Shown here: positions 42,869 through 55,379 of the stretch, one piece after another | Layout of the letters: each line of letters starts with the position of its first letter | Numbering within the stretch: position 1 is the first letter of the stretch | Origin: Maricaulis sp. | GTDB taxonomy: Bacteria > Pseudomonadota > Alphaproteobacteria > Caulobacterales > Maricaulaceae | DNA length: 64,000 nucleotides | Direction: 5' to 3' | NCBI RefSeq assembly: GCF_048270265.1 | Contig: NZ_JBLWTD010000012.1 | Coordinates: forward strand, 9,469 to 73,468 | Program-made: the position numbers and the translations under genes | Notes under the pieces: model-generated | The model's input: only the letters and a program-made list of their open reading frames with translations | Databases searched by the model: none | Told to the model about the DNA's origin: nothing

Positions 42869-45475
42869 CTAGCCGTTGCTCTCAAGCTTGCGAGGCACTT
42901 CGATGATCTCGAAGCACTCGATCTTGTCGCCCTTCTGGATGTCCTGGTACTCGATGAAGCCCATACCGCACTCGGTGCCGGCTTTCACTTCCTTCACTTC
43001 TTCCTTGAAGCGTTTCAGTGTCGAGAGATGGCCTTCGTGGACGACGGTGTCGTTGCGCAGCAGGCGAACACCACAGCCGCGCTTGACGACGCCTTCGGTC
43101 ACGCGGCAACCGGCAGCCTTGCCGAAGCGGGTGATGTTGAAGACTTCCAGGATGTCGGCGTAACCGATGAAGTTTTCGCGCTTCTCCGGGGCCAGCATGC
43201 CTTCCATCGTATTGCGCACATCATCGATGACATCATAGATCACCGAGTAATAGCGAATTTCGACTTTCTCACGCTCGGCCAGGTCACGGGCCTGCTTGTT
43301 GGCGCGGACATTGAAGGCGAAGATCGGGGCACCGGACGATTTGGCCAGCAGGACATCGCCTTCATTGACGCCGCCTGCCGCTGCCAGCACGATCTTGGCC
43401 TGCACTTCATCATTCCCCAGACGCTCAAGCGATTGCTTGATGGCCTCGGCGGAACCTTGCACGTCTGCCTTGATCAGCAGCGGCATTTCCTTGGTCTGGT
43501 TTTCCTGCAGACGCGCCATCATCTGCTCGAGCGAAGTGCCCAGGCCGACATTCTGGCTGCCCGACGCAGAGCGGGTCTTGCGCTGGCGGTACATCGCAAT
43601 CTCGCGAGCCCGGCCTTCATTCTCGACCACGGCAAAGATCTCGCCCGGATCCGGCGCACCATCGAGACCGAGCACCTCGACCGGAACCGAAGGTCCGGCC
43701 TCGGCCAGCGTCTGGCCCCGCTCATTGGTCAGGGCGCGGACACGGCCCCACTGGCCACCCGCCACAACCAGATCGCCACGCTTCAGCGTGCCGCGGCGCA
43801 CCAGAACCGTCGCGACAGAGCCGCGGCCCTTGTCGATCTTGCTCTCGATCACGACGCCTTCGGCATCGCGGTCCGGATTGGCTTTCAGGTCCAGCAGTTC
43901 GGCCTGCAGGAGGATGGCGTCGGTCAGGTCATCTAGGCCCATCCGCTTCTTGGCGGAGACATTGACGGACTGAACGTCACCGGACATGGCCTCAACGACG
44001 ATGTCCTGCTGCAGCAGGTCGGTGATGACTTTTTGCGGATCGGCTTCGTGCTTGTCGATCTTGTTGACCGCAACGATGATCGGTGTGCCGGCCGCCTTGG
44101 CGAACTTGATCGCCTCGATGGTCTGCGGCTTCACGGAATCGTCGGCAGCGACCACAAGGATGACGATATCGGTCGCTTCCGCACCGCGCGAACGCATGGC
44201 GGAGAACGCGGCGTGGCCCGGCGTGTCGAGGAAGGTGATCTTCTCACCCGACTTCAACTGCACCTGATAGGCCCCGATATGCTGGGTGATGCCACCGGCT
44301 TCGCCCGAGACAACATCGGTCGAACGCAGGGCGTCAAGCAGCGAGGTCTTGCCGTGATCGACATGGCCCATGATGGCCACGACCGGCGCGCGCTTGACCT
44401 TGCTCTCTTCCGGATCATCGCTGGCAATAAAGCCGGTCTCGACATCGGATTCGGAGACGCGTTTCACCGTGTGACCGAAGTCTTCCACGATCAGTTCCGC
44501 ATCATCGGCTTCAAGCACATCATCCATGCGGACCATCTGGCCCTGCTTCATCAGATATTTGATGACGTCCATGGAACGCTCGGCCATCCGGTTGGCCAGA
44601 TCGGCCACGGTGATCGATTCCGGGATAACGACTTCGCGGGAAATTTTCTCGCGTGCGCTCGTGCCATCGCTGCGGCGTTGTTTCTCACGTTCACGGGCCC
44701 GGCGGACCGAAGCGAGCGAACGTTGACGCTCTTCATCACCCTCGAGGATGTTCTGGATCGTCAGCTTGCCACGACGGCGGCTGTCAGCCTTGGCGCGGGC
44801 CGGCTGTTGCTGGCCTGGCTTGACCGGACCGGCACTGACCGGCGGCCCCTTGCGTTTGACACGGCCGCCCATAGCGTCGAGCGTCGCAGCCGGATCCGGC
44901 AGATCGGCACCATCCAGCGGGCGCTGCGGGCGCTTTTCGGCGACCGGCTTGCGGCGAACTTCGCCATCACCCTTTTTCGGGCCATCACTGGTATCGCGGG
45001 AGGCATCGGCTTCGGCCAGGCGACGCGCCTCGGCGGCGGCCTCGGCTTCGCGCTGCGCTTCCTTGGCCTGATCGGCCTCGCGGGCTTTCAGCTCGTCAAG
45101 ATTCTGACGCTCGGCGTCAGCCCGTGCGGCGCGTTCTGCCTCTTCCTGTTTCTTTTTGGCTTCGCGTTCAGCCGATTCAGCCCGAGCCCGGGCGATCGCG
45201 CGCTGACGCGATACGAGTTCTTCTTCGGACAAACCGAGCTGCCTGGCTTTCGCGGCCAGCGCGGACTCACCCTTGCTGGCGCCGGCGCCACCAGGGCCCC
45301 TCCCGCCGGCCGGACCGGAGTCCTTGCCTGGCGTTACCACACGTTTGCGCTTCTTCTCGACCACCACGGCCTTCGAACGTCCGCGCGCAAAACTTTGCTG
45401 CACGGTGCCCGAACCGGGTCGTTTCAGAGAGAGCGGCCGGCGGCCGGAGGAATTATTGTCGTCTGCGTCGCTCAT
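42869..45475 (-). CDS. infB: Translation initiation factor IF-2
   Basis: [37 protein letters not shown]. Confidence 0.98.
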   Translation of the reverse strand: MSDADDNNSSGRRPLSLKRPGSGTVQQSFARGRSKAVVVEKKRKRVVTPGKDSGPAGGRGPGGAGASKGESALAAKARQLGLSEEELVSRQRAIARARAESAEREAKKKQEEAERAARADAERQNLDELKAREADQAKEAQREAEAAAEARRLAEADASRDTSDGPKKGDGEVRRKPVAEKRPQRPLDGADLPDPAATLDAMGGRVKRKGPPVSAGPVKPGQQQPARAKADSRRRGKLTIQNILEGDEERQRSLASVRRAREREKQRRSDGTSAREKISREVVIPESITVADLANRMAERSMDVIKYLMKQGQMVRMDDVLEADDAELIVEDFGHTVKRVSESDVETGFIASDDPEESKVKRAPVVAIMGHVDHGKTSLLDALRSTDVVSGEAGGITQHIGAYQVQLKSGEKITFLDTPGHAAFSAMRSRGAEATDIVILVVAADDSVKPQTIEAIKFAKAAGTPIIVAVNKIDKHEADPQKVITDLLQQDIVVEAMSGDVQSVNVSAKKRMGLDDLTDAILLQAELLDLKANPDRDAEGVVIESKIDKGRGSVATVLVRRGTLKRGDLVVAGGQWGRVRALTNERGQTLAEAGPSVPVEVLGLDGAPDPGEIFAVVENEGRAREIAMYRQRKTRSASGSQNVGLGTSLEQMMARLQENQTKEMPLLIKADVQGSAEAIKQSLERLGNDEVQAKIVLAAAGGVNEGDVLLAKSSGAPIFAFNVRANKQARDLAEREKVEIRYYSVIYDVIDDVRNTMEGMLAPEKRENFIGYADILEVFNITRFGKAAGCRVTEGVVKRGCGVRLLRNDTVVHEGHLSTLKRFKEEVKEVKAGTECGMGFIEYQDIQKGDKIECFEIIEVPRKLESNG

Positions 45476-45634
45476 GCGAGCCTTCCAAGTTCGGCTATCG
45501 TTTGACGGGCTTTTCCGGTAGCCGAGTGCCGGAAATCCGCGCTGTTCATACCTGTTCCGGTGTGAAGGATCGCTAACCTAGCGACCTCCACCCCGTATTC
45601 AACCGCTGTTGCGGCATGCGCCGCAGCTCCCGGT

Positions 45635-46243
45635 TCAGGAAGCGGGCGGCCGGAAGCCCTCAAGCTTCCTCATTGTCACCCCGAAAGCCCGCACCTGCGA
45701 ACCACCGGTAAGCACTCCATGCACGACCGTGCCGCGCCCGAGTGCCTCACCCAATTGCTCGGCGGTAAAACCGCCGGCAACCGGAACCTCACCCCAGGCT
45801 GCCTGGGTCAGACGGTCCAGTTTGACCCGTCCATCCTCGGCACCGTCGACCGCCTCGATCCGCCAGGCCGGCCGTCCGGCCTTCAGGGCGATGCGAGCCG
45901 CATCAAATCCCAGCGCCACTTCACCGGCCCGCCGCGCCAGGCCCAGAAGGCTCAATGCACGGGCGGCAAGCTGCGCCTCAATCGTGTCGGCCAGCCCGTC
46001 GGGAACCTTGACGGCCCGTCCTGCTGACCGGTTGAACAGACCCTTGCGGGCGGCCGTTTCAACCGAAGCCCGGTCGGCACTGATCCAGATGCCGCGGCCG
46101 GGCAATTTGGCGGCGATGTCGGGGAAGACCTCGTCTCCCGGGCCAACCACCAGCCGGATAAGTTCCGCCTCGTCCTTGACCTCTCCGGAAGCGATACAAC
46201 GCTTCTCCCGGATCGCCTGTGTCGCCGCCTTCGGATTAGTCAG
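45635..46243 (-). CDS. YlxR/DUF448 RNA-binding protein with L7Ae-like C-terminus
   Basis: REKRCIASGE, LIRLV, GRGIW; no ATG after nusA, so a CTG start overlapping the nusA stop is assumed. Confidence 0.75.
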   Translation of the reverse strand: MTNPKAATQAIREKRCIASGEVKDEAELIRLVVGPGDEVFPDIAAKLPGRGIWISADRASVETAARKGLFNRSAGRAVKVPDGLADTIEAQLAARALSLLGLARRAGEVALGFDAARIALKAGRPAWRIEAVDGAEDGRVKLDRLTQAAWGEVPVAGGFTAEQLGEALGRGTVVHGVLTGGSQVRAFGVTMRKLEGFRPPAS

Positions 46244-47954
46244 CCTTCTGTTCCTCCTCGTCGGCAGCAGCCTCGTCAAGGTCGAGGCCCAATGCCGCGG
46301 CCTCGGCTTCCAGCTCTGCCAGATCCATATTCTCGACGTCGAAGACGTGGGCGTCAGGATCTTCATCCTCGACTTCCTCGACTTCACGCACCGGCAGGTC
46401 CTCCTCGGAGATCCAGCCGGCGACGACGCGGGCGCGCATGATCAGCATCTCGGCATCGTCCGCGGAAAGCTCGAAAGCCTCCAGCACGCCGGGCTGACGA
46501 ACACGTTCGCCATTGACGGTTTCAAACCAGCCGCGCAGATCGTCGGTCACGAGACCGGCCAGATCCTCGACCGTCTTGATGTCATTCTCGCCGAGCGCAA
46601 CAGCCATCGGCAAATCAATGCCTTCGACTTCCAGCAGGGCGTCCTCGACGCCGAGCTCCTTGCGCTTCGCATCCTGCTCGCCGGCAAGACGCTCGAGATA
46701 ATCACGGGCACGCGCCTGGATTTCCTCGGCGGTGTCGTCGTCAAAGCCTTCGATCGCGGCGATTTCGCCAAGACCGACATAGGCGATGTCGGCGACATCG
46801 GTGAAGCCTTCGGTCGCCAGCAGCTGCGCGATGACTTCATCGACATCCAGCGCGCCGGTGAACAGGGCGGTGCGTTCAGCGAACTCACGCTGACGGCGTT
46901 CCGATTCTTCTTCCTCGGTGAGGATGTCGATCGACCAGCCGGTCAGTTGCGACGCCAGGCGGACATTCTGGCCGCGGCGGCCGATGGCGAGCGAGAGCTG
47001 CTCGTCAGGCACCACGACTTCAATGCGGCGGTCCTCCTCGTCGAGGACGACCTTGGACACTTCGGCCGGCTGCAGCGCGTTGACGATAAAGGTCGCCGGA
47101 TCGTCAGACCACGGGATGATATCGATCTTTTCGCCAGCCAGTTCGGACACCACGGCCTGGACGCGCGAACCGCGCATACCGACACAGGCGCCGACCGGGT
47201 CGATCGACGCGTCATTGGAGATGACGGCGATCTTGGCGCGGCTGCCGGGATCACGGGCAACAGCCGAGATCTCGATAATGCCTTCGTAGACTTCCGGCAC
47301 TTCCTGCGCGAACAGGGCGGCCATGAAGTCCGGATGGGCGCGCGACAGGAAGATCTGCGGACCGCGGACTTCCTCACGCACATCATAGATATAGGCACGC
47401 ACGCGCTCATTCGTCTGCAAATTCTCGCGCGGGATGCCGTCGGCGCGGCGGATAATGCCCTCGGCGCGGCCGAGATCCATGATCACATTGCCGTATTCGA
47501 CGCGCTTGACGATACCATTGATGATCTCGCCGACACGGTCCTTGTATTCCTCGAACTGGCGCGCACGCTCGGCTTCACGCACTTTCTGCGTGATGACCTG
47601 CTTGGCGGTCTGCGAGGCGACACGGCCGAACTCGATCGGAGGCAGCTCATCAGAGAAGACGGTGCCAATCTCGGCGGTCTTGTCGATCTTGCGCGCTTCG
47701 GCGAGAGAGATTTCCTGGCTGTCATTCTCGACTTCTTCGGCGACCGTCATGCAACGGGTCAGCGACAGCTCGCCGGTCTTCGGATCGATCTTGGCCCGGA
47801 TATCGTTTTCGGCGCCGTAGCGGGATTTAGCAGCCTTTTGAATCGCTTCTTCAATCGCTTCGATCACGATCGTTTCGCTGATCGACTTCTCGGCCGCAAC
47901 GGCACGCGCGATCTGCAGCAATTCAAGCCTGTTGGCGCTGACACCAATGCTCAT
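46236..47954 (-). CDS. nusA: Transcription termination/antitermination factor NusA
   Basis: [48 protein letters not shown]. Confidence 0.98.
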   Translation of the reverse strand: MSIGVSANRLELLQIARAVAAEKSISETIVIEAIEEAIQKAAKSRYGAENDIRAKIDPKTGELSLTRCMTVAEEVENDSQEISLAEARKIDKTAEIGTVFSDELPPIEFGRVASQTAKQVITQKVREAERARQFEEYKDRVGEIINGIVKRVEYGNVIMDLGRAEGIIRRADGIPRENLQTNERVRAYIYDVREEVRGPQIFLSRAHPDFMAALFAQEVPEVYEGIIEISAVARDPGSRAKIAVISNDASIDPVGACVGMRGSRVQAVVSELAGEKIDIIPWSDDPATFIVNALQPAEVSKVVLDEEDRRIEVVVPDEQLSLAIGRRGQNVRLASQLTGWSIDILTEEEESERRQREFAERTALFTGALDVDEVIAQLLATEGFTDVADIAYVGLGEIAAIEGFDDDTAEEIQARARDYLERLAGEQDAKRKELGVEDALLEVEGIDLPMAVALGENDIKTVEDLAGLVTDDLRGWFETVNGERVRQPGVLEAFELSADDAEMLIMRARVVAGWISEEDLPVREVEEVEDEDPDAHVFDVENMDLAELEAEAAALGLDLDEAAADEEEQKAD

Positions 47955-47985
47955 CGGAAGTTCCCCGTTACGATGGACTGCGACA

Positions 47986-48519
47986 TCATTCGTCTCCTTC
48001 GGTCGTCGCGGGCGCCTCGGCGCGCGCTTTCAAATTCGCCTCGATCAAGGCGTCCGTCAAAACCAGTTTGGCGTCGATGATCCAGTCAAACGGGATCAGC
48101 GTCGTATCTTCTTCGCCCTCGACATCGAGCAGGACATTCTCGCCCTCGATACCGGCCAGCATGCCCCTGAAGCGCTTGCGCCCATCGGCGAGGCGGTCGA
48201 GCTCGATCTTGGCCTCATTGCCTTCCCAGCGCGCGAAATGCGGCAGGGTGGTCAGGGGCCGGTCGATACCCGGTGAGGAGACCTCGAGATCATACTCTCC
48301 GGAAATCGGGTCTTCGGTTTCCAGGGCGCCGGAAATGCCGCGCGACAGACGCGCGCAATCCTCAACGCCAATGGAACTTTCGGGACGGTCAGCCATGATC
48401 TGCAGCCGGGCGCGTTTGCCGGACAGGACGCGCACGCGGACAATCTCCAGCCCGAGTTCGGCAGCAACCGGCTCGGCCAGATTGAGGATGCGGATATCCT
48501 GTGGTGTCTTCGTCTTCAA
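47986..48519 (-). CDS. rimP: Ribosome maturation factor RimP
   Basis: EDCARLSR, YDLEVSSPGIDRPL; TTG start assumed. Confidence 0.93.
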   Translation of the reverse strand: MKTKTPQDIRILNLAEPVAAELGLEIVRVRVLSGKRARLQIMADRPESSIGVEDCARLSRGISGALETEDPISGEYDLEVSSPGIDRPLTTLPHFARWEGNEAKIELDRLADGRKRFRGMLAGIEGENVLLDVEGEEDTTLIPFDWIIDAKLVLTDALIEANLKARAEAPATTEGDE

Positions 48520-48613
48520 GCCAGCGGCTCCGTTTGCAGTAACAAAAAGAGCGGCCGCCGTTAGGCGACCGCTCGATAGCATCATCCAATGCGATCGAAC
48601 TTGTGTATGGCGC

Positions 48614-49339
48614 TTATATAGACGCCCGGGCCGGGTTTGGCAAGACAGCGCCGCCGCGGCAGACGAAGTCCATGAAGACCGGCGCGCAATCACCCAGATT
48701 CTTGGTCTCGTAGCGCGTGCGGACATGATCGCCCGGGGCGATACGCCAGTCATCGGCCTGCCGGGCCGTCCAGTCGAAGCGGTCATCGCCGGCAAATTCG
48801 GCCATGACGTGGTCGGCATAGGACTTCACATCGGTCGCAATCCGCAATTGCCCGCCGGGCTTGAGGATGCGGGCAAACTCGTCGCGGGTCGACTGCTGGA
48901 TGAAACGGCGTTTGGCGTGACGTTTCTTGTGCCAGGGATCCGGGAAGAGCAGGAAAATCCGGTCGATCGAGGTATCGGCAAAGCGCGGCAGCGCGTCACG
49001 CGCATCACCGCGATGGAGACGCACATTGGTCAGGCCGCCCTCATCGACGCCGGCCAGAGCCTTCGCCACCCCGTTGAGGAAGGGTTCGATCCCGATATAG
49101 AGGTTTTGCGGATGGGCCGTGGCCTGGGCGACGAGATGCTCGCCGCTGCCGAAACCGATCTCCAGCACATGGCCCTGCTTTCCGGGGACCAGCCGGGCTG
49201 GCACGACTTCACCCTCCGCCGGCAGATCAAGCGCCGGCAGAAGATTGTCAATCAGGGCCTGCTGGCGCGCCGAGAGCGGTTTGCCCTTGGCCCGTCCGAA
49301 CAGCCGGAAATCTCCGGATGCATTGAGTTGGTCAGTCAT
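48614..49339 (-). CDS. trmB: tRNA (guanine-N7)-methyltransferase
   Basis: [36 protein letters not shown]. Confidence 0.95.
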   Translation of the reverse strand: MTDQLNASGDFRLFGRAKGKPLSARQQALIDNLLPALDLPAEGEVVPARLVPGKQGHVLEIGFGSGEHLVAQATAHPQNLYIGIEPFLNGVAKALAGVDEGGLTNVRLHRGDARDALPRFADTSIDRIFLLFPDPWHKKRHAKRRFIQQSTRDEFARILKPGGQLRIATDVKSYADHVMAEFAGDDRFDWTARQADDWRIAPGDHVRTRYETKNLGDCAPVFMDFVCRGGAVLPNPARASI

Positions 49340-49382
49340 ACGCACGGCATAGCGAATTGTTTCGCCGCCTGCACGCGCAACG

Positions 49383-49805
49383 TCAGTGCGCCAGCTCGTC
49401 TTCTTCAGCCGCGAGCGTGCGAACAAGCTCAAGCACGCGCCGCCGGACCTTGGCATCGCTGATCCGGGAAAACGCCTCGGCAAGCGAAACACCATCTGAG
49501 CTCTGGATGAAATTGTAGACAATCGGGGTCTGGTCGCCTTCGGCCATGCCGGACACCATCGGCTTGTCGGCCAGGTCCTCGAAGAAAAACTGGACCGGCA
49601 CTTCAAGCACGCGCGAAAGACGATAGAGCCGGCTTGCACCGACGCGGTTGGCGCCGCGTTCGTATTTCTGGACCTGCTGGAATGTCACGCCCAGCTCATC
49701 GCCCAGTTTTTCCTGGCTCATTTTCATCAACTGACGGCGCAGCCGAATTCTTGACCCCACATGCATGTCGACCGGATTCGGGACGCGGGGGTTCACTTTC
49801 TGCAT
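49383..49805 (-). CDS. XRE family HTH transcriptional regulator
   Basis: [13 protein letters not shown]...[17 protein letters not shown]. Confidence 0.92.
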   Translation of the reverse strand: MQKVNPRVPNPVDMHVGSRIRLRRQLMKMSQEKLGDELGVTFQQVQKYERGANRVGASRLYRLSRVLEVPVQFFFEDLADKPMVSGMAEGDQTPIVYNFIQSSDGVSLAEAFSRISDAKVRRRVLELVRTLAAEEDELAH

Positions 49806-49892
49806 TTATTCACCTCATTTGCGGGCCTCGTGCCCGTCGATTGCAGCCAGAAACTAACATGGGCAGGGCTGCACGGCACCATCACTATCTGG

Positions 49893-51503
49893 TCACCGGG
49901 TGAAGTTTAAATATTTTTCTACCACTTTACGTCGGTGCAAAATGATGCCTGCAATCACGAACCCGTTCACAATCCAGAACAACCAGTCCCCCCAGAAGGC
50001 ATAAAGCGGGGCGGCGATCGGCCGCGGCAGGTCGACATCATAGGCGCCTTCGCTCGCGGGTTCGATCGCGACCGGCATGCGCCCGAAGGCGTCGATAACG
50101 CCCGAAACACCGCGTGATGCCGAGCGAATCATCGGCAAGCCGGTCTCGATCGAGCGGTAGCGGGTCTGGTTGACATGCTGCTGCGGGCCACTGGTTTCAC
50201 CGAACCAGGCATCGTTGGACAGATTGAACAACCAGGATGGCCGCGGTGTGCCGGCATGGACGAAACCGGGGAAGATGCCCTCATAACAAATGAGCGGCAT
50301 CATCGGCGGCGCCTCCGGCACATCCATCACGATCGGCCCGTCGCCGGGCGTGTACTGCAATCGGGCGAACTCGGAAAAACCGATCGCCGACAACAGGCCC
50401 GACAGCGGAATGCTCTCGCCGAACGGGGCGAGCAATGTCTTGTCATAGAGGCCGACATCGCGCGGCGCGCCGCCCTGATAGCGCAGCACGGCCAGCGAAT
50501 TGTAATAGGTCTCGTCGTCCTCCAGCCCGCCCACGCGCCGGCTGATACCGGACATCAGGATCTGGTCATTGGCAAACAGCTCGCCGATCAGGCTCAGGGT
50601 AGCACCATCCTCGAGCATGTAGATCGGCAGGGCGCCTTCCGGCCACAAGACGTGCGTGACCTCGTCGAGACCGGGCGCGGCGGTCAGACCGAGATAGCGA
50701 TCACGGGCCAGAAGGGCACCGTTCGCCCCCCATTTCTCGGCCTGGGTGATCGCGGCATGCACGATCCGCAAACGCACCCCGGGTTCAACGCCCGGATCGG
50801 GCTCCTGCAGCCGCAGGGCACCGAAACTGAACAGGATCAGCAGGATTGCCGCTCCGGCCATGGCGGGCATCAGGCGTTTCATCCGCAGCACCGGCCCGAC
50901 CGCAACGGCGGGCGAGACCAGGACCAGAAGCGTGAGCAGGCTGAGCCCGTAAACGCCGAACCAGGACGCTGTCTGGCTGATCGCACCACCGGCAGGCCAG
51001 GCATAGGCCGGGAGATTCCACGGCAGGCCGCCGAACAGGTGGCCCCGCAGCCATTCGAACACCGCCAGGCATACGGCAAACACCAGCACCCGCCACTCGG
51101 AACGTTGTGCCAGCAACGCATAGCTTGCCATGGCCCCACCCCAGAAAGCAGCCAGCAGGGCGGCGAGGGCCGGGACGGCGAAGGGGATCAACGGGATGTA
51201 TTCCGGGCCCCGGTTGATGAAGGCATAGGCCAGCCAGAACATGCCTGCGATGAAATAGCCGAAGCCGAACAGGAAGCCGCGCCAGAAGGCGCTGCGCAAT
51301 GGCAGGGCCTTGCGGCGGGCGCCATCAACGGTCCAGAGCAGGATCGCCAGGCCCGGGATCAGGATTGGCCAGACATAGACCGGCGCCATGGCCAGGGCCG
51401 ACATTGCGCCGGCCACAAACAGTATCAATGCCAATCGCCAGCCACTTGCGGCGGCGATCCCTGCGCGAAGCCGCCCGGGCGAATACCAGGCATGGCGGGT
51501 CAA
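49893..51503 (-). CDS. lnt: Apolipoprotein N-acyltransferase
   Basis: WPEGA, YDK-x-xLAPFGE, LICYE, NLSNDAWFG. Confidence 0.95.
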   Translation of the reverse strand: MTRHAWYSPGRLRAGIAAASGWRLALILFVAGAMSALAMAPVYVWPILIPGLAILLWTVDGARRKALPLRSAFWRGFLFGFGYFIAGMFWLAYAFINRGPEYIPLIPFAVPALAALLAAFWGGAMASYALLAQRSEWRVLVFAVCLAVFEWLRGHLFGGLPWNLPAYAWPAGGAISQTASWFGVYGLSLLTLLVLVSPAVAVGPVLRMKRLMPAMAGAAILLILFSFGALRLQEPDPGVEPGVRLRIVHAAITQAEKWGANGALLARDRYLGLTAAPGLDEVTHVLWPEGALPIYMLEDGATLSLIGELFANDQILMSGISRRVGGLEDDETYYNSLAVLRYQGGAPRDVGLYDKTLLAPFGESIPLSGLLSAIGFSEFARLQYTPGDGPIVMDVPEAPPMMPLICYEGIFPGFVHAGTPRPSWLFNLSNDAWFGETSGPQQHVNQTRYRSIETGLPMIRSASRGVSGVIDAFGRMPVAIEPASEGAYDVDLPRPIAAPLYAFWGDWLFWIVNGFVIAGIILHRRKVVEKYLNFTR

Positions 51504-52402
51504 GACTGGTCGGCTCCCTCGTCCGGCATCGCCGCCGCAGCGTGGGTCCAGTGTGTCGCACGGACCCGCATCCGCTTGATCCGGCGCGGATCGGCCTCCA
51601 GCACCTCGAATTCATAACCCTTGGGGTGTCGGATCACCTCGCCGCGTTCAGGCACCCGGCCCGTCAGCGTAAAGACGAGACCGCCGAGACTGTCGACATC
51701 CTCGTCCTCGTCGGGGCCGGCAATCTCTTCGCCGACCACCTGTTCGAAGGCGTCGATCTCGGCGCGGGCCTCGACATCCCAGACGCCCGGTCCGCGGGCG
51801 CGGATCGCCGGGGCATCCTCGTCATCATGCTCATCCTCGATATCACCGACGATGGGCTCGATCAGATCCTCGAAGGTCACCAGCCCGTCCGTGCCGCCAT
51901 ATTCATCGACAACCAGGGCCAGATGCATGCGGCGCCCCTGCATGCGGCGCAGCAGATCGGTGGCGCGCATCGAAGGCGGAGCGAACAGCAGCGGCCGCGT
52001 CATCGCCGGCAGAACCTGGCGATCAGCCCAGCCCGGCTCGCGCTCGCCCGCTTCATCGGGGGCAAGATGGACGATGAGGTCCTTGATGTGCACGACGCCG
52101 ATCGGGTCATCGAGGGTTTCGCGATAGACCGGCAGGCGTGAATGCGCCGCCTTGGCGAAGGTTCGCACCAGCTCGCCAAGCGGGGTGGAAACCTCGACCC
52201 CGGTGATGTCGGCGCGCGGCACCATCACATCGACAACGCGCAGGTCATCAAGGGCATCCGGATCGATCTTGAAGGCTGGAGCCGTGGGCAGTTTGACCGG
52301 ATCCGTGGGCGCATCCGGCTTGGCCGGGGCATCAGGCCCGCCGAAAATCCGCCCGAACCATGACCGGGTATCGTCGTCGGCATTGTCGTCCACACTACTC
52401 AT
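51500..52402 (-). CDS. corC: CBS-domain HlyC/CorC family protein
   Basis: VMVPRADI, HSRLPVY, VVDEYGGTDGLVTFEDLIE. Confidence 0.88.
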   Translation of the reverse strand: MSSVDDNADDDTRSWFGRIFGGPDAPAKPDAPTDPVKLPTAPAFKIDPDALDDLRVVDVMVPRADITGVEVSTPLGELVRTFAKAAHSRLPVYRETLDDPIGVVHIKDLIVHLAPDEAGEREPGWADRQVLPAMTRPLLFAPPSMRATDLLRRMQGRRMHLALVVDEYGGTDGLVTFEDLIEPIVGDIEDEHDDEDAPAIRARGPGVWDVEARAEIDAFEQVVGEEIAGPDEDEDVDSLGGLVFTLTGRVPERGEVIRHPKGYEFEVLEADPRRIKRMRVRATHWTHAAAAMPDEGADQS

Positions 52403-52877
52403 CGGCATCCATCCCGCCGCCCGTGGTGTCGAGATAGGGGTCGGCAATACCCAACCGCGCCAGAGCCCGGCGCTCGATCTCTTCCATTACCTGGGCCTCG
52501 TCATCATCCTGGTGATCATAACCCTGAAGATGCAGGAATCCATGCACGATCAGATGACGCAGATGATCGGATGGAGACAGCGCACGGTCACCGGCCTCGC
52601 GCATGACCACACCGGAGGCCAGGGCGATATCGCCGAGATGGTTGACCGTGTGTTCCGAGGCCGGAAAGGACAGCACATTCGTAGGGTTCGGCTTTTGCCG
52701 GAAACGGCCATTGAGCTCGCTCATCGCCGCATCATCGGTCAGCAGCACCGCAATGACGCCGGGCAAGGCATCGTTGATTTCCGCACCGGCGGCTGCGATG
52801 GCCTGTTCGACCAGACGGGTCTTGCCCTCGATTGCATTCCAGGCCTCGTCTTCAACGATGACATCGACAGCATTCAT
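52395..52877 (-). CDS. ybeY: rRNA maturation endoribonuclease YbeY
   Basis: PTNVLSFP, LGDI, HGFLHLQGYDH. Confidence 0.96.
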   Translation of the reverse strand: MNAVDVIVEDEAWNAIEGKTRLVEQAIAAAGAEINDALPGVIAVLLTDDAAMSELNGRFRQKPNPTNVLSFPASEHTVNHLGDIALASGVVMREAGDRALSPSDHLRHLIVHGFLHLQGYDHQDDDEAQVMEEIERRALARLGIADPYLDTTGGGMDADE

Positions 52878-52882
52878 CGCGC

Positions 52883-53905
52883 TCAGGCTCCGCCTCGCTT
52901 GTTCAGATCGTCTTCATAGGCCGCGACAATGCGGGCCACGAGGTCATGGCGCACAACATCGTCCCGGGTAAAGCGGATCGCCGCCACACCCTTGGTCTCG
53001 GCGAGAATTTCCAGCGCATGCGGCAGGCCGGACGGATCGCGCGGCAGCAGGTCACACTGGCTCGGATCGCCGGTGACCGCCATGCGCGAGCCCTCGCCAA
53101 GCCGGGTCAGCACCATCTGCATCTGGGCGCGGGACGTGTTCTGGGCCTCGTCAACAATGACAAAGGCACGGTTGAGCGTGCGCCCGCGCATGAAGGCGAT
53201 CGGTGCGACCTCGATACGGCCATCGGCGCGCATGCGTTCCAGCTCGGCGCGCCCCAGCGTATCGGCCAGCGCATCCCACACAGGCAGAAGATACGGGTCG
53301 ACCTTCTCATTGAGATCGCCGGGCAGGAAGCCGAGCTTCTCGCCGGCCTCGACGGCCGGGCGGGTGATGATGAGTTTCTCGAACTTGCGCTGCACCAGCA
53401 TGGAGGCGCCATAGGCCACGGCCAGCAGGGTCTTGCCGGTACCGGCTGGGCCGACACCGAAGATCAGGTCATAGGCCTTTTCATTTTTCAGCGCGCGGAC
53501 ATAGGCGCGCTGGCCCTCGGTGCGGGCGATCAGGCTGGCGCCGCGCGGCACGCGGATGACGCCATCATCGGGCTGGACCGGAGCATCGCCGCCATCGAGC
53601 ATGCGCAGGGCGGCGCGAACCGTCGCCTCGTCGCAGGTCAGGCCGTGGGCGAGGCTGGCATAGAGCCCCTTGAGCACGCGTTTGGCATCGTCACGCGCCT
53701 GCGGGTCGCCGGCCGCGATCACGATCTGGCCGCCGCCGGGCGCGCTCAGACGCACGCCGAGCTCTTCCTCGATCAGGATCAGGAAGCGGTCACCGGCACC
53801 GACCATGGCGCGCAGCCGTTCGACATCATCGAAATGCAGGCCTTCGGAGACTTCACGGCGTGGCTTGGCGGCGCGGGTTTTCGAGGGGGATTTGGGCGGC
53901 TTCAC
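52883..53905 (-). CDS. PhoH family ATPase
   Basis: [37 protein letters not shown]. Confidence 0.95.
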   Translation of the reverse strand: MKPPKSPSKTRAAKPRREVSEGLHFDDVERLRAMVGAGDRFLILIEEELGVRLSAPGGGQIVIAAGDPQARDDAKRVLKGLYASLAHGLTCDEATVRAALRMLDGGDAPVQPDDGVIRVPRGASLIARTEGQRAYVRALKNEKAYDLIFGVGPAGTGKTLLAVAYGASMLVQRKFEKLIITRPAVEAGEKLGFLPGDLNEKVDPYLLPVWDALADTLGRAELERMRADGRIEVAPIAFMRGRTLNRAFVIVDEAQNTSRAQMQMVLTRLGEGSRMAVTGDPSQCDLLPRDPSGLPHALEILAETKGVAAIRFTRDDVVRHDLVARIVAAYEDDLNKRGGA

Positions 53906-55272
53906 GCGACGTCTTGCTCCGCACCCACCAGCTGACCTGACAGGGAGTTCCTCGACGCGTCCTCGATCCTGACCATACCGATGCGCCCGATCAATTCGGC
54001 CGGGCCATCGACATGCACCGACTGGAGATAGGGGCTGCGGCCGTGCAGCTGCCCGGCAATCCGTCCGGCTTTCTCGAACAGCACCGGCAGGGTGCGGCCG
54101 ATCTGGGAGCGGTTGAAACCGGTCTGTTGCTCATCGAGCAGGGCCTGGAGCGCGTGCAGCCGCTCCGTCTTCACGATTTCGTCGATCTGGTTCGGCATGG
54201 CCGCGCCCGGCGTTCCGGGACGGCGCGAATACTTGAACGAGAAGGCGCTGGCATAACCGATTTCACGGACGCAATTCATCGTCTCCTCGAAATCGGCATC
54301 GGTTTCACCGGGGAAACCAACAATGAAATCACCGGAAATCGCGATATCGGGCCGCACCTCACGCATGCGGGCGATCATCTCGGCGTATTCGGCATAGGTG
54401 TGCTGGCGGTTCATCGCCTTCAGGATCCGGTCCGAGCCGCTTTGAATCGGCAGGTGCAGATAAGGCATGATCCGGGGCTCATCGCGATGGGCGGCGATCA
54501 GCGTCTCATCCATATCGCGCGGATGGCTGGTCAGATAGCGGATACGCTCGATCCCGCCGATCAGGGCGAGGTGGCGCAGCAACTGGCCCAGACCCCACGG
54601 CCCGTCGGCCTCGCGGCCGGCTGGCGGCGCGCCGTGATAGGCATTGACGTTCTGGCCCAGCAAGGTGATCTCGCGCACGCCCTGGGCGGCCAGGCGGCGG
54701 ATCTCGTCGACCAGCTGGTCAACCGGACGCGACCATTCGGCGCCGCGCGTATAGGGCACGACGCAGAAGGTGCAGAACTTGTCGCAACCTTCCTGCACCG
54801 TCACGAAGGCGGAATAGCCCTCGACATGACGTTTGGCCGGCAGCAGGTCGAACTTGTCCTCGACCTCGAATTCCGTGTCGAGCGCCTCGCCGCGGGCGCG
54901 ATGGGCGCGGGCGATCAGCTCGGGAAGCTTGTGATAGCTCTGCGGTCCGACCACGAGATCGACCGTCGGGGCGCGGCGCATGATCTCGGCACCCTCGGCC
55001 TGGGCGACACAGCCGGCGACGGCGATCGTCATGCCGCCGCTCTCGGCCTTCGCCTCCTTGAAGGGGCGCAGGCGACCGAGGTCGGAATACAGTTTTTCCG
55101 CCGCCTTCTCGCGGATATGACAGGTATTGATGATGACCAGATCGGAGCCTTCGGCCTGATCCGAGGTCTCATAGCCAAGCGGCGTCAGAACGTCCTTCAT
55201 CCTCTCGGAATCATAGACATTCATCTGGCAACCATAGGTCTTGATATAAAGGCGTTTACGCGTCGAGCTCAT
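53902..55272 (-). CDS. miaB: tRNA-i6A37 methylthiotransferase
   Basis: [19 protein letters not shown], radical [15 protein letters not shown] domain. Confidence 0.97.
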   Translation of the reverse strand: MSSTRKRLYIKTYGCQMNVYDSERMKDVLTPLGYETSDQAEGSDLVIINTCHIREKAAEKLYSDLGRLRPFKEAKAESGGMTIAVAGCVAQAEGAEIMRRAPTVDLVVGPQSYHKLPELIARAHRARGEALDTEFEVEDKFDLLPAKRHVEGYSAFVTVQEGCDKFCTFCVVPYTRGAEWSRPVDQLVDEIRRLAAQGVREITLLGQNVNAYHGAPPAGREADGPWGLGQLLRHLALIGGIERIRYLTSHPRDMDETLIAAHRDEPRIMPYLHLPIQSGSDRILKAMNRQHTYAEYAEMIARMREVRPDIAISGDFIVGFPGETDADFEETMNCVREIGYASAFSFKYSRRPGTPGAAMPNQIDEIVKTERLHALQALLDEQQTGFNRSQIGRTLPVLFEKAGRIAGQLHGRSPYLQSVHVDGPAELIGRIGMVRIEDASRNSLSGQLVGAEQDVA

Positions 55273-55379
55273 CGTCACTCTGGGGCAACCGCGACCGGTC
55301 GACTTGTTTCCGTCCCGGTCCATGCCGGGGAAGCCGCGGGTTATGGGCGAAACTCGCCCTCAAGGCAAGGCCTGCCGCC

